From NCBI GenBank assembly GCA_951804945.1, contig OX638149.1, forward strand, positions 68,820,001 to 68,884,000: a stretch of 64,000 nucleotides of DNA. Reading direction: 5' to 3'. Positions within the stretch are counted from its first letter, which is position 1; each line of letters starts with the position of its first letter. Source of the stretch: Podarcis cretensis (lineage: Eukaryota). A program made the translations under genes and the position numbers. Of this stretch, positions 43,899-58,210 are shown piece by piece. The notes below the pieces were generated by a model. The model did not search any database. It was not told where the DNA came from and was given only the letters and a program-made list of their open reading frames with translations.

Positions 43899-45959
43899 TA
43901 TTTTAAACAGATACAAACATACATAGTAGTCAGGAATACAGACACATAAGCATGTCTGTCATTACACAGACCCAAATGCTGCCTCTCTTTACACCAAATA
44001 AAGATGAATGAAAGAATCAGTTAAACCAAGAGACCATAAACAAAACCCACCCCTCACATCCATGCGTCATGGCATTGGATGATGAATATTCATAGTTCAA
44101 GGCGAAGTCAAACAAAATTAAATGTATCTTCAGGCTGGCATCTGATTGTATGGCCCAGTCCGAAATTATGTGCAAGGATGTGTGCTCAGATACAGAAACT
44201 CCCCATCTCCATTAATTTCAACAAATGGAACAGCTCCATGCACACAAAGGAAGGCCATGCAGAGCTACTGTGAATGAGGAACTCACTCGTGCAACCTTGC
44301 AACTATATTGGCAAAACTTTTTACTAACTCACAAGTCTCAGCATGCCTGTGCCAGGCACTTTCAACAGCCTGAACAAGTACCAATCCTTTCCCAACTTAG
44401 AAAAGTTTCTCAGCCTGGTTACTTCCTTGGTGGAGACTCTTATAGATAGGTGACTGGGCAACTGCCAGGCCCCTAACCTATGTATGTACAGAAGCTCTCC
44501 TGTATGGACTGGAACATAATTGGGGGTCAATACTGAAATGAAGCCCCTGGAAATGGGGGGGGGGGGCACACAGACAGCCAAACATTAGATTGAGGCACTT
44601 TCCACGAATGGAAACCCTGCTTACAGAAGGCTTCTCAGCCCCATTTTGGGAACCTCCTTTTCCCTCAGCCCCTCATCCCATTCAACAACATTTCCTGACC
44701 TCCAGGAAAGATGGAGTTGGGAAGCTTAATTCCTTCAGCCCATCTCTATACACTTTACTCTGTATCCAACCCAACAAAGCGTACTATGCAAACCACCTGT
44801 GGTTCAATATTTACATGTTCACAAAACACAATTTTTTCAATAACTTCTAATTAAAATGTAATTTTACTACTTAGCCTCCTGCTCTCAGTGTTAGCATTGC
44901 TTTTTGTATGTTGCCTTACATAATTTCTAAAACTTTTTTAATTGTTAGATTTTCATATTCTAGAGTAAGACTGATATGCAGCCAAGAAGAACACATTGTA
45001 TGCTTATTTGCACAAGAATGTATATCTCCACCCTTTTAATATTTACTCATAATTCAGGGTGGTTAAAAACCATTAAAATAGCTCCTTTGTAATAAAATAT
45101 TAGAAGCAAACAGTTTAAGACAGAACAGACAAGAATAATGAGGTAAAATGGCATCTACTAATTAAGGTAAAAGTTTGCTGGAAGAAAAAAGCATTTACCA
45201 ACCAGTGGAAAGTGGCAAAAGGCCCAAATGAGCTTCACAGGGCAAGGACTTCTATAATTTGGATGTGAAAAAGATTTCTCTTGTTGTAGCCAACTGTAGT
45301 ATAGAAAAATTCATAAACCTACAGTCTGTGGCCCATCAGCTTGAGCACTCCTTCCTGAGCCCTAAAACCTTTCTGAAATTATGTTGCTCCTGAGCAAGAA
45401 GAGTTGTCTCTGCAAGGCAAGTCAAGGTAGAGGTGCCTATATTTTTTGAAGAGTTGATGGTCTCTCCAAAGCTGAGGGGACTTTCACTTCATTTAGTTTT
45501 AAAATGAACTAAAATAAAATGACTGCCAGGTGATTAGGAGTCTTGACAGCTGGTACAAAATAACCTCTTAGGTTAGCCACCTCTGGATTAAATTAACATG
45601 GCAGCCCTAATGATTTACACGGCAATCCTGACCATGTCTACTTGGAAGTAAGTCCTATTGAATTCAGTGGGGCTTATGGCTGTACTCTTGGTATAAGTAA
45701 GAAACAGGAAGATGTTTACACTATCAAGATGAAAGGCTAGGAAGCCTAACATAACTAAGGTACGAGAATCATGTAAAATATTAAGTAGATATGCTACAGT
45801 TATCTCCCACTTGGACTACTATTTTAATTTTAATTAATTGTCTGTTTTTATGTTCTTATGTTCTTTGTATATTGCGTTAGTTTTATGATGTTAGCCACCC
45901 TGAGCCCGGCTCCGGCCAGGGAGGGCTGGGTACAAATAATTTATTATTATTATTATCAT

Positions 45960-46450
45960 TACTGCAACATGCTCTATGCGGGGCTACCTTTGACGGTGAC
46001 TCAGACATTACAACTAACCCAGAATGCGGCTGCCAGACCATATAACACGAGTCCAGAAATATCTACATTGGCTCCCAGTACGTTTCTAAGCACAATTCAA
46101 AGTGTTGGTGCTGGCCTTTAAAGCCCTAAGTGGTCACAGCCCTGTATACCTGAAGAAGCATCTCTACCCCCATCGTTCAGCCCAGACACTGAGATCCAAC
46201 TCCGAGGACCTTCTGGCAGTTACCTCATTGTGAGAAGTGAGGTTACAGGGAACCAGGCAGAGAATCTGTTCGGTGGTCACGTCCACCCTGTGGAACACCC
46301 TCCCATCAGATGTCAAGGAAATAAACAACGATCTGACTTTTGGAAGACATCTTAAGGCAGCCTTGTATAGGGAATTTTTTTATGTGTGATGGTTTACTAT
46401 GGTTTATTAATTTGCTGGGGTGGGCTTATTAATGGGTCAGATGAGTGGCT
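45960..46450 (+). mobile_element. L2-clade LINE 3' fragment
   Basis: YCNMLYAGLPLTVTQTLQLTQNAAAR motif followed by the same 3' region as 25458-25798. Confidence 0.75.
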
Positions 46451-47235
46451 TATTTATAAATTTAACAACAACAATAACAAATTTAACAACAACAATAACA
46501 AATTTCCAACAAAGCCAGCGGGACATGTATTGAAAGCCACTATATTTTTCAATGCATATCTGGGATGTCTTCTAACTCTGCTTTCTTTAACACCCCCTCT
46601 GCACTGCTTCCCTCACACTAGCCGTGTGCTAAAAACAATAACCATTATAAAATCCACTACACTGAGGTTGCTTTTTAAAAAAAATACTCTGTCATTAGTA
46701 ACCTCTGGTATAATACTTGTTAACTGCCAGGCGGCAGCTACTCATTTTATTACAATGTAATGAGGGAACACTGACAATAGATCTTTCCTCTTGTTTCTCA
46801 AGGCACTGCACAAAACAGCTCACAAACAAGGCAACACTGCCCTGCTGTAACATACTCTGAACACCCACAGTCCCAAACACAGCCAAGTTCTTCATATTGT
46901 GACCCCAAGCCTGTTGCCAAGATACTTCAAGGATTTATTTGAAAGAATGCCATCTAGGCCACTTCCTGATTAGAGTCCTGGTAGAAGAGAACCAAGGCAT
47001 GCTCTCGATGGATCGCATTCTGCCGCCGCTGCAACCCTCCCTCTGTTATTTTATCTTAAAACATTTTCTCAGAGAGATACTGAATAGAAATCAGGGATCA
47101 AGTCACAGACTCTGCCTGCATTTGGATTCAGGGCTTCTGCCCATCGTCACATGATTGATTTAATCACGCAGCAAATCAGATCATGAGCACATAAACACCT
47201 CAATGAGCAAATCAAGGTCAGAGCAAAAAAAAAAA

Positions 47236-47246
47236 AAAGTAGGTCA
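47236..47246 (+). promoter_or_regulatory. Intronic perfect RORE AAAGTAGGTCA
   Basis: Identical 11-mer to the promoter RORE; function not shown. Confidence 0.5.
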
Positions 47247-47760
47247 ACTTAAAAAGTCTGCTGAGGCACCCATCTGGGAGGTGAGACCTCAACACGCAAG
47301 CGCTGCCAGCTCCAACACTGCCTACAGGAAAAATTACTGTCACCATAAAACAATGCTTGTTTCTTTCCAACGAGACATCACTCCTCACTTGCTGAATCAC
47401 AAGTGCACCACACCACGAAGGCATTCTTTTTCAATTACCAACAATGTCTGCACTGCACTTCTTTTAGCAAAAGAAATACGACGATGAAAGTTGTGCCTGC
47501 TTTCATTATGCACCCCAAAATGACAAAAGTATACAATGCAGACTTCCCAACAAATAACTCTGCATATGTTTTGTGAACGGAAAATTATGGAAAATGTAAG
47601 AGTAGCCCTGCAGGATGAAAACAAAGGTACATCTAGACTGGCACTCTTTGCCCCAAAGGGGAGAAGCACATGCCTCCAGGAACCCACAAGCAGGAATGTC
47701 ACACCCCAGAAACTAGCATTCAGCTGCAAAAAGTCTCCGACTATGGATGTTTGATTAAGG

Positions 47761-48007
47761 CAGGGGTCAGCAAACTTTTTCAGAGGGGGCCAGTCCACTG
47801 TCCCTCAGATCTTGTGGGGGGCTGGACTATATTGGGAGGGTGGATGAACGAATTCCTGTGCCCCACAAATAACCCAGAGATGCATTTTAAATAAAAGGGC
47901 ACATTCTACTCATGTAAAAACACGCAGATTCCCAGACCATCCGCGGGCCAGATTGAAAAGGCAATTGGGCCGCATCTGGCCCCCGGGCCTTAGTTTGCCT
48001 ACCCATG
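47761..48007. mobile_element. hAT (Charlie-like) MITE
   Basis: Ends CAGGGGTCAGCAAACT / AGTTTGCCTACCCATG; 8-bp TSD GATTAAGG/CATTAAGG. Confidence 0.8.
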
Positions 48008-51000
48008 CATTAAGGCATCATGACTAATAGCCATTTCATTACAGCCTCATATGCAATCCTGTTTTCAAAAACACTTCTCTGAAATGAATGCTTAAAGGGT
48101 TTTTCAAACAAACAGTAAAACTGAAGGGGGAAAGATTGAGGGAAGTGAGTACTTGGGCAAGTGGAAAGGCTAGGAAGAGGAAGTGAGAAAAGGAAGAGGT
48201 TGGTGGGAAGAGGAGGCAGAAGAGACAGAAGAAAACTGAGCAGTAATTCCCAACCTTTAGAATGAGAGCCCCCTTTTAACCTAAACTTTATTGCCACTAA
48301 TGTAAAATATTCCTGCACACTGGACTATCAGTTGTATAGTTCAATGAAATCCATATCTGTATTTATATTTCCTTTTTTATAAGCCAGCAGGCATTGGCAG
48401 CAAATGCTACTTAGAACAACAGACCCAAAAAGTCTGCCTTCCCAAATATCTTAAACCAGAAAATGGCCAGAACTCACACCCCACACCCAAGAATTAGGCA
48501 ACACCAATCCACATAATTTATCCCAATAAAGCACATAAAATAACGACAAAACTAAGAAACCGTAATGTAATCAGAAATTAGGAAGCAAAAAGTCTGCCAT
48601 TGGTCCATAATACAAATCCCATTAAAATTAAAAGGAGAGCACTGTGAGACCTGTAAAGGCTTTGATAAATTTCCCCCACTCCCATTTGAACCTCCAGAGG
48701 CACAAACAGGAGACAAGGCTGTTTTAAAGCCCTTTGCAAAGGTGCTTTTTGAAGCAACTTCTCTCTCACTTTTAAACATACTGTAGCTTGTTCAAAGGAG
48801 AGAGGAGGCTGTTTCAATGAATGTTTTTGCTTTAAGTGAGCGGGCAAAGGGACAACACCTTTTCTGATGCCTTGGAATGGGATAGACCCCAAGTTGGCTC
48901 CACAAGTTAGTGTCTGTCAGCATCTATATTAAGTTGAAGACCATTATTATGGATGTTTCACCATATTTTGTCCAGATAGATATGTAGTTGATTTCATTAT
49001 ACAACCATATATGACCCTCTCATAGACTTCTCAATTAATCAATCAAGCTTGGACATGGATTTGTCCATCCATGGTGGGCTGCTAGGTGAGTAGGATCGAG
49101 CTGGCTTACAAGTTGGTGAATGTACGCTTATCACTGGAGGGTGGTGCATATGATTCCTTCCCAATGCCTCCCAACATGTAATGGGTTTGGTTTTTTAAAA
49201 AAAGGATGCTAAGACTGCCCCTCCCAGAATGAAGCATGTCTAAGCCCACCAAAAAGACATTATAAAATTCTGAGATACGGAATGTTAAAATGACTTCTCT
49301 CAGGAGGTAGCTATAAGTTGGCTCATGGCTCACCAAAATAATAAAGTATTCCCCCCCCCCCCAAATAAACAATAGGAAATGTTAATGAATGAAAGGCCTG
49401 CAATTACATAAAATATATACACATTGAGGTTAAATACACATTTTCATAGTGTACTGAACTTCACTCAAAGCTCTGACATCTTTCCATAGCAGCTGAGTTA
49501 CCGCCTTGCATTCTGGCCATGTTAAACCTGACCTACCTATAGGTTTGGAAAGATATGAACAAGTCCAAGGGGATGGTTAAGAAACACAGTCAAGGAATTA
49601 TAAACACAATAAAGGTTCAAAAAGGAGTAAGTGCTTTTTTTTATCCAACTGGCCACAAATCACAACCTCATACATTGTTGCAAGTAGTGCAAGCAAATCT
49701 TTAAGCAGCTACAGTATCAGACAATTTACAGTTCTAGACATCCATTCTGATTTTTAGTGCAGCTCTGAGCTTTGTGGCTAGCAACAATCTGTTTTAGTAC
49801 TTCAAGAGCAATACTAGCACCTGTGCTGCCTCTACCTTAGGCTACCAAATCAAAAGCTCGTAAAAGCCAAACAAACCTCCCAAGGCAAAGAGTTCCACAT
49901 TCTTGATGGCATGACATAAGAGATTCTTGCACATCCCTGCCAATTGTACCTCAGCAGGTGATGGGACATGCAGAAAGACTTCACCAAATGTTCTTAGTAG
50001 GCAATGATCTTACTAACCAGCTCATTACATTTTTTATTTGCCTGCATGCCTATACAAAGTTCCATTAGCCATTGGCATTAGCCATCGGCAACTATTTTCT
50101 ATGTTTGTTTTCAGCCTCGCCCGCCCTCAAAATGGCCCATTTCATCACACAGGGACACAATCATATGAACCACACACACTTCATGTAATTGTGAAAATAC
50201 TTGTGTCAACTGTATCATATTAAAAGACCCAGATTTAATGGAGCAACAAAACAAATTTAGAGAACGTAAACATCTGCGTTCTGATTTACACTATTTATTA
50301 GAGAATTAGAGAATTTACTAGAAAATTGTTTTTTGCAAAGGTCCCAGTTTACTTTACATTTTTCCTTAATTGTAGTAAAAATCTATCACCCTACATTTCA
50401 TGTTTGCTTATTCTGTATATTTGTTTCTCACGCTATCCAAAAACTGCAGGATTGATTATAAAAGAAACAAGTGTCTATAAGACACTTAATCACATTGAGT
50501 TGTTACACTGAACCATGGTTCAGTGAGACATGATCAAAACTAGCCTCCTCCCAGACTCATTAAAGGGGGGAGGATTTTGAAAGCTTTTACTCCCACTTTC
50601 CCTTAACATGCACTGCATCCAAACCAGGGGAAGTGGTTCGAGTTTTACAGTTAAGTGTTCAACCAAACCAACCTCCTGGCCCATGGTTTGACATTAGCTT
50701 GTATAATGCCTTCCCATATCATTTATGCATTTTGGTAAGGATTATTCACAGAGGTACACTGTGAGCAAAAGATGCACCTCAAGCTTTACAAAAACAGTAT
50801 TTCAAGCTGCATAACAATCACTGTAAAGGCAGGACCGCCATGATGCTTTTGGTACATTTTAAAGGGATGCATGCAGTGTGATCCAGGCATGTATAATCAG
50901 AGGAAATTTTCATTTAGCCTTACTCACTAGCATAGGTGCTAAGGATTGCACTTTGACTTTTCCTGCGTATGTAAACAACACCCTAAGCCAAAAACCTTGG

Positions 51001-54000
51001 AAAAGGTCTCGTTCTAATCTACAGTTATAAATTATGGACCTTGTGAACATCAAATAGAGCTTCCTATTCACCTAGTGGAAGATATTCTGAAATCTAAGTT
51101 TTAAACATAAACCATTACTGTACATCTGGCCAGCCATCCTTCACCAACCTTGTGCCTTCCAGATGTCTAGAACTATAAGTCCCACCAGCGCCAGCCTGCT
51201 TGGCTCTACTGAATAGGTCTGATAGGAGCTGTAGTTCAAAACATCACATGGGGCACCAAGTTGGCAAAAGCAGCATTGACTTCCACATTTTTTTTTACAC
51301 CTCACATAATAACAGGATAGACATACACATATTTCTGTGTTCAGCATTTCACATTACTTGTCAGTTACCAAAACAAACTGTATTTCCTGAAGAATCTGAA
51401 TTGGTGACCTGCCACAGTCACTTATCCTAAAACATGTGCTTTATGCACAACATTATTTAGAGAAATCACTGGAATAAAGAACATAAATCCTTGAACTAAG
51501 CCTGTCCACCATTGTTCAATTAATAGAATGTCCCCCAAGGGATCAAGTATGCAACTTTTTAGGACTATATTTACTATGTCTACTAGGAACAGAAACCACT
51601 GATTCCAACAGGGCTTAATGCCAAGCAAGTATGCTTAGGATTACAACCATGCATCAGGTATAATGCATGCTTAAGATTGCAGCCTTAGAATGACATGAGG
51701 CCTATGCCAGAAAAGAGACACTCTGGGCAAAAGCAGATAAGAGTTCAACAAATGCTGGATTTACTGCTGGGGTGGGAACCTTTTAGGACCAAAGGCCTTC
51801 TGGGCAGTCTTCCAGGGTTGCATGCCAGTGGTGGACAGTGACAAAGGTAAGAGTGGGTGGAGTAATTAATAGACATTTGACCTGTGTAAAATACACTGGT
51901 TTCTACACATACCTCGTTATACCCTCTACCCAGGCAAACAACAGTCTTTATAATGTTCCAAGTACACATTCCAGCCAGGCACCAACACTCCAGGAGGATG
52001 AAAATAATGCTGGAGATGGGGTGTAGCATGGGGAGAGTCCCAAAGGCTAGACAGAGAGTCTGAGGTTTCCCACCCTTCTGCAGGCACACACAATTACATG
52101 GGCAACCACCTACTGTAGTAGCTGTCTACAGCATAAGGAGAATTTTCAACGGTTCCTTAGATTCTAGATCCTATGCAGAAATGTGAGTAAAAGTCTCATA
52201 ATGTGAGCAGTTGCTGTCGGGACACTTCTAAACCTACTGTGGCAAGTCACCACTTGGCAGTGGATATTATTCATGCCATTGCGATGATTAAAAAAAACAA
52301 CCACCCTTCAACTTCAGGCAATACCAAAAATAAATTTTCAAGCTTGCTATCTAGATGACCCTACCTCGAATTACAGTGTGTGTGTGTTTTTTTAAAAAAT
52401 TAAGCTATCAATTTTATACACCCTTTACCCAAATAGGTAATTATAATGGAAAATACTGCCCTATACCAAATCAGACAGTTGCATCACCTAATCCAATATG
52501 ATCTGCTCTGATTGGAAACAGATCTCCAAAGGCAGAGGACTTCCCCTTCGCCTCACTTGCTCCCTTATCCAGGCGATCCCAGGAATTGTACTGTGCAAAG
52601 CTGGTGCTCTACCGCTGGCCCTTTCCAAACAGAGGAGTTTCAAACATCAGGGGCTGCATACAGTATATGTTAATGTTGCAACTTGGCCTGGGTTTCTATG
52701 ATTTGCAAAATGAAACCTGCACAGATCCATTGGTACTGCCTAAAAATACAGGCACCGTCTTATGGGATCAAGCCATCTAATCTAAAACTTCTTCATCAAT
52801 GAGCCATCAGATGCCCATAGGGCTCTCCACATGGGGAGACAGAAAAAAGAGAAAGAGAGGGAAATGGGGGGGGGGGGGAGGAGGAGAAGGACTGGAGCTG
52901 CCATCCTAGATCCCAACCTCTCCACTAAGCAAATTAACTAAGGCAAAGATGTACTAGACAATTCAGAAATCAGATTGACAGGCTGCAGCAGAGAATGAGG
53001 TTAAATGTAGTTTCCAGATTTTCTTTTTGAAACTAAAGTCTACCCCCGCCCTTATGAAGTTATTAACTACCCTTCACTTACTGAAACATGAGTGCTTACA
53101 TGAACCAATTTAAAATGCACTATGCCAAGAACATATGGGAACTGACAGTACTGCTTATGTGGAACAAATGTCACCAAATCAATTATGTGACAAGCAAAAT
53201 AAAAAACATTACAGATGCGCGTTCTGTGCAAAGCAAACAAAAAACTCTAAAAATTTTAATTCTCCTAGCTGTATAAATTTAGGCTTCAATTCTAAACAGG
53301 CTTCCTATGCAGTAAACCCAACTGGATACAAATCCAAGCAACATCTAGATTAGTCCCGCTCAAATCAATGGGAGTAAACTGATTTAATTCCTAGGAGGAA
53401 GCAGTGTGTGGAATGTTGTTTTAGGACAACACTTCAGATGTTTTGGATTACAACTGCCACTATTCCCAGCCAGCATGGCCAATGGTCAGGGACAATGGAA
53501 GCTGTAGGCCAACAGGCTGGGAAGGCTGCCTTCTGATATCTCAAGTCAGTTTGTAACTCAGGCTGCAACCAGTCCATAACTTGATGCCAAACTGGGTCTT
53601 CAGATTGTGAAGTACTTGAGCACTTATGGATAACAATTTCTCAGGGATTCTGACAGAGATCAACTTGCAATCCTTCACCAGAGGATCAGAAGGCAGCACA
53701 TAACCCATGCATATTCAGTGCTGTTTCAGTTCCATGCCATTGTCTCGACCTTATTTTTCATGGGTATAAAAAGGAAAATAAAAGTTTGCTCCAGACAGAG
53801 GGCACAATATGATTGTGTTTGCCAAAATGCAGAACAGCTATACCCAAGTCAAACTTGGGTTTATAGAGTGGAGAGAATAATAAGGGTGATATGAAATATT
53901 GGCTGCCCACTTGTATTATGGCTCTTCACCTGTGCAGATAGGACTGGCCCTTCTTCTCCTTCCCCCACCATGCATGCCCCTAAAATTTGCTTCAGGAGTT

Positions 54001-54399
54001 GTCAAAACCTCTGGAGCACATTGAAGGCATGGGGGAAGAAGAGGAAGGGGAAGGTCTGCTAGTGCAATGTTGGATCTTGCCCTAAGAATACAAGCAGGGC
54101 TGCAGGTTTAGTGGGCTTTTGTATGAATCCATGTTTAAATGGTAAGCAATATAGGCTTACCAGCAAACATTAAAAGGAAAAATAATTGTAGACAGTGATA
54201 TAGGCAGAGCAAACCTGCTTTCAGAAACATCTCGGATAATGCCTGAAGATTCCAGAAGGCAAAAGCAAACCATTTTAATGCTAATGATTCAGAATTATTA
54301 TCCAGCAATAATGATGTTTTTCAATAAAAAAAGGTCTAGCCTAGTATTACCATTAAGTAGAATAAATAACCGCTATGCTGCTGACATCCAGTTCTATTT

Positions 54400-56130
54400 T
54401 TCTGTTATATCTGAATCAGTAGAGGCTATACCTATCCACTGCCTGGATGCAGTGGTGTGTTAAGTGAGGGCCAGCTATGAAAGAATGAATCCTGGTAAGG
54501 TGGAGACTCTGTGGGTGAGCAGTTCCCACATCTGGGAGGTGAGGAGTTTGCCAGCACTGAATGAAGTTGCTCTCTCCTGAAGAAACAGGTACATAGTTTG
54601 GGAGTGATCCTAGATTCATCTGTCCCTGGAGGCCCAGGTAACCCCTGTGGCAAGAGTAGCCTATTATTAACTTAGGTTGGTATGCCAACTACGCCCTTTC
54701 CTGGAAAGGGAAAGCTAGACCACCATGATCCTTGCATTGATAACCTTGTGATGGGACTACTGAATTGTGCTCTGTGTGGGGCTTCCCTCAAGACTGGTTT
54801 AAAAGCTGCAGCCAGGTTGCTGAGTGGAGCACCTGGACACATAAATATTAAAGCTGTACTGAGGGATAGAACAGCTACCAGCCATGTTCCAAGATATTGC
54901 TTGTTGTTGTTGTTTAGTCGTTTAGTCGTGTCCGACTCTTCGTGACCCCATGGACCAGAGAACGCCAGGCACTCCTGTCCTCCACTGCCCCCCGCAGCTT
55001 GGTCAGGCTCATGCTGGTAACCTCGAAAACACTATCCAACCATCTCGTCCTCTGTCGCCCCCTTCTCCTTGTGCCCTCCATCTTTCCCAACATCAGGGTC
55101 TTCTCCAGGGAGTCTTCTCTTCTCATGAGGTGGCCAAAGTACTGGAGCCTCAGCTTCACAATCCAGTGAGCACTCAGGGCTGATTTCCTTCAGAATGGAG
55201 AGGTTTGATCTTCTTGCAGTCCATGGGACTCTCAAGAGTCTCCTCCAGCACCATAATTCAAAAGCATCAATTCTTCGGCGATCAGCCTTCTTTATGGTCC
55301 AGCTCTCACTTCCATACATCACTACTGGGAAAACCATAGCTTTAACTATACGGACCTTTGTTGGCAAGGTGATGTCTCTACTTCTCAAGATGCTGTCTAG
55401 GCCTGTCATTGCCCTTCTCCCAAGAAGCAGGCGTCTTTTAATTTCGTGGCTGCTGTCACCATCTGCAGTGATCATGGAGCCCAAGAAAGTAAAATCTCTC
55501 ACTGCCTCCATTTCTTCCCCTTCTATTTGCCAGGAGGTGATGGGACCAGTAGCCATGATCTTCGTTTTTTTGATGTTGAGCTTCAGACCATATTTTGCAC
55601 TCTCCTCTTTCACCCTCAATAAAAGGTTCTTTAATTCCTCCTCACTTTCTGCCATCAAGGTTGTGTCATCTGCATATCTGAGGTTGTTGATATTTCTTCC
55701 GGCAATCTTAATTCCGGCTAGACAACAAGATATTGCTACTAACATATAAAGCTCTAAACAGCTTGGGACCAAGTAACCTGACCGGCTGCCCTATATAGAC
55801 CTGTAATCACTTATATCACCTAGGGAAATTATACCCAACAGACTATCACAGGGCAGTGACCAGAAAATGGGCATTTTCTGCTGTTGCCCCTGAACTATGG
55901 AATGCTCTTCCCCCTGCCATATATTAGTTGCTTCAGATGTTTTGTGAAGGCATATCTTTTTGCTCAGGCTTTCATTTATACACAAGGTTGGATTGTGCTA
56001 TTAAATTCCTGTGTTTACCTGATTTGGTTTTATTATATTGGGGTTTTTTGTTTTGTTTTTTATACTGTTTTCATATACCACTTAGGGAACTTTAAAAATA
56101 TGATGCAGTCTAGAAATGCTTTTAAATCAA
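54400..56130 (+). mobile_element. Old L2-clade LINE 3' fragment interrupted by the BovB insertion
   Basis: Degenerate ORF2-like segments (ggactactgaattgtgctctgtgtggggcttccc; ctaacatataaagctctaaacagcttgggacc) continue across the insertion; boundaries approximate. Confidence 0.65.
54902..55725 (-). mobile_element. 5'-truncated BovB/RTE-clade LINE with 12-bp TSD
   Basis: RT C-terminus GRNINNLRYADDTTLMAESEEELK...IDAFELWCWRRLLRVPWTARRSN; 3' end GGGGTCACGAAGAGTCGGACACGACT plus (CAA)n; TSD CAAGATATTGCT at 54890-54901 and 55726-55737. Confidence 0.93.
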
Positions 56131-58158
56131 TCAATCACATCAATATATTAAAAGTACCCAGGACTGGAACCTAAGATTGGTAACCTAAGCACTGATTAGA
56201 AAGCAAGTTCCAATGCTATCAATAATCCTCACCCTTCAAGTAAGACTGCAAAATTACCTGAGGGTATCACTGAAATCAATAGGATTTTCTTTTCAGTATT
56301 CACACACAGGATCAGGCTGTTAATGTGTATACTAGAGTGTGAATAAGCTTCAGTGAGTTGTGAATGGAGTTACAAGATCTTTAGACTAGGATATGCCATT
56401 CACAGGCAATATTGTTTGCTGTAGGAGTAGCCCACTGGCACCATTCCTACTAGAAATTAACCCAACACACTACAGTGTGGCATCACACCAACATCACAAG
56501 CTGTTCCAGCTCCTGCAGCTGACTTGGAAACATCTCTTGGCTGTTGAGTCTCTTAATACCAAACTTCTCAAATAGCAGGAGGCTGAAAAGGTTACCAAGT
56601 TCGTGGGTGCCAGCTAATACTCATTGCCATCATAGGTGAGAAAAGATGACCTGGAAGTGTCTCCTTTTTCTCCTAAAATGATCTTTCCGGACACAATTAA
56701 CTCAGAATTACACACTGGCTTATTTATAAGAACAAAGCAGGAAGGAGGGATAATTTATCAACAAGTTTTACTGCTCTTCATGTTAGTTGCTTCACTGTTG
56801 GAGGACAGCCAAGAGTCTGACAGTGTTAAAGGAGTTCAAAGCTCATTTTAGGTATTACTCGTTGCCCAAAGCAGCGCAAAGGAGATGACGTTCTCCTTCA
56901 GGTTTACAGAAAAGGTCACAAACATTTTTGCTCTGCTTTTAGGGATCCTAGGTATCACGTTATTGAGACTCAATTATTAGATATCAAAGGGTTTTCCTTT
57001 TCCATTATAAACTGTTTAAGTATAACAAAGTTCCAAAGAGAAGAATACATATATTGAATATTTTTTTATTGCCAAGTGTATGCTACATTAGAAGTAGTTG
57101 GAAAAAATGAAAAACAGGTTAGAAAAATGCAATAGGGACCATACAGAGATTCTCTCACTGAATAAATGAGGCTGCCTTATACCAAACCTTTACCAATCCA
57201 AGTCCATGTGTCTATGCTGACTAGCTGATAAGTCTTTAAGTTCTCAACCACAAGTCTTTTCCATCCCTGCAACCAGAGATAAATGCCAGAAATTGTCTCT
57301 GTGGTTTTCCACTTGCAACACATGTGCTCATTTCTGTGCTATACATTCTCCCATTGTTCTGTGTACATTTAGTAAGAGGTGAAAAATTACTAAGAAAAAT
57401 TACTCCACTGAACGTTGACTTAAGTCAGTTCACAAGCAAGGCAAGTCTTTTTGTTTAACCAGCACACTTTCCATCTCCAAACAAGTAACCCCAAAAGTGT
57501 ATCTTAACCTTGAAGAATGACTTAGTAGTCAAACAGCATTTGCCGTAACTTCTCTGCAAGTTCATGTGCACCAAGCTAATATGTTGCCAACCTGGGGTGG
57601 TTCCCCCCCCCAACTTGGTGAGAATGAGATGAAACACAAGCCAGCATCAACTCACATCTTAAGAGAGCTGTGGGGAGAACTGCTGGAACTCATAACAATG
57701 TGTGTGTGGTGGGGATGATGAAAAAATGAGCTGCAGGCATTCTGCATAGAAAAAGAAGGTAAACATCAGTGGCAATATAACCACATTAAAAATATACCCA
57801 CACAAATCAATGGAAGGAAATGGAGGAAATTGCTGGATTTTTCCATTTATCTCAGTAGGAGGGTACTTTCCTATCCTTTTGCAGGAAAAAGGATCAAGTC
57901 ACAAACCTAGGATGGAAGATGCTTTAAATGTACCTTGTAAAACTATTATGCAGTAGGATAGGCTTACCAGGGAAGTTCTGGTAAGGGGAACAAAGGTTGC
58001 ATCTTTACAATAGCCAATGACATTGTGGTTGTTAGTGGAGCATGGCAGAAGCAGTATTTCCAATCTACATACATACCCTATAAAAAGGTAGAAGGTACCT
58101 TTCACACCCTGTAAGTATCGTTACATAAATGTAAGCTCTTAAATTTAATGTTCAATAC

Positions 58159-58210
58159 CTTCCAGAATGTTTGACTCAAAAAATGAAAATTTTACAGAGC
58201 TTGTGGCCAC
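58159..58210 (-). other. Candidate BMAL1 5'UTR exon (52 nt)
   Basis: ctacttctgtataatttag|GTGGCC...GGAAG|gtattg; supported by splice signals only. Confidence 0.4.

Noticed and set aside
54942-55749. ORFs of 184, 77 and 75 aa on the + strand
   Set aside because: Antisense shadows of the BovB reverse-transcriptase fragment.
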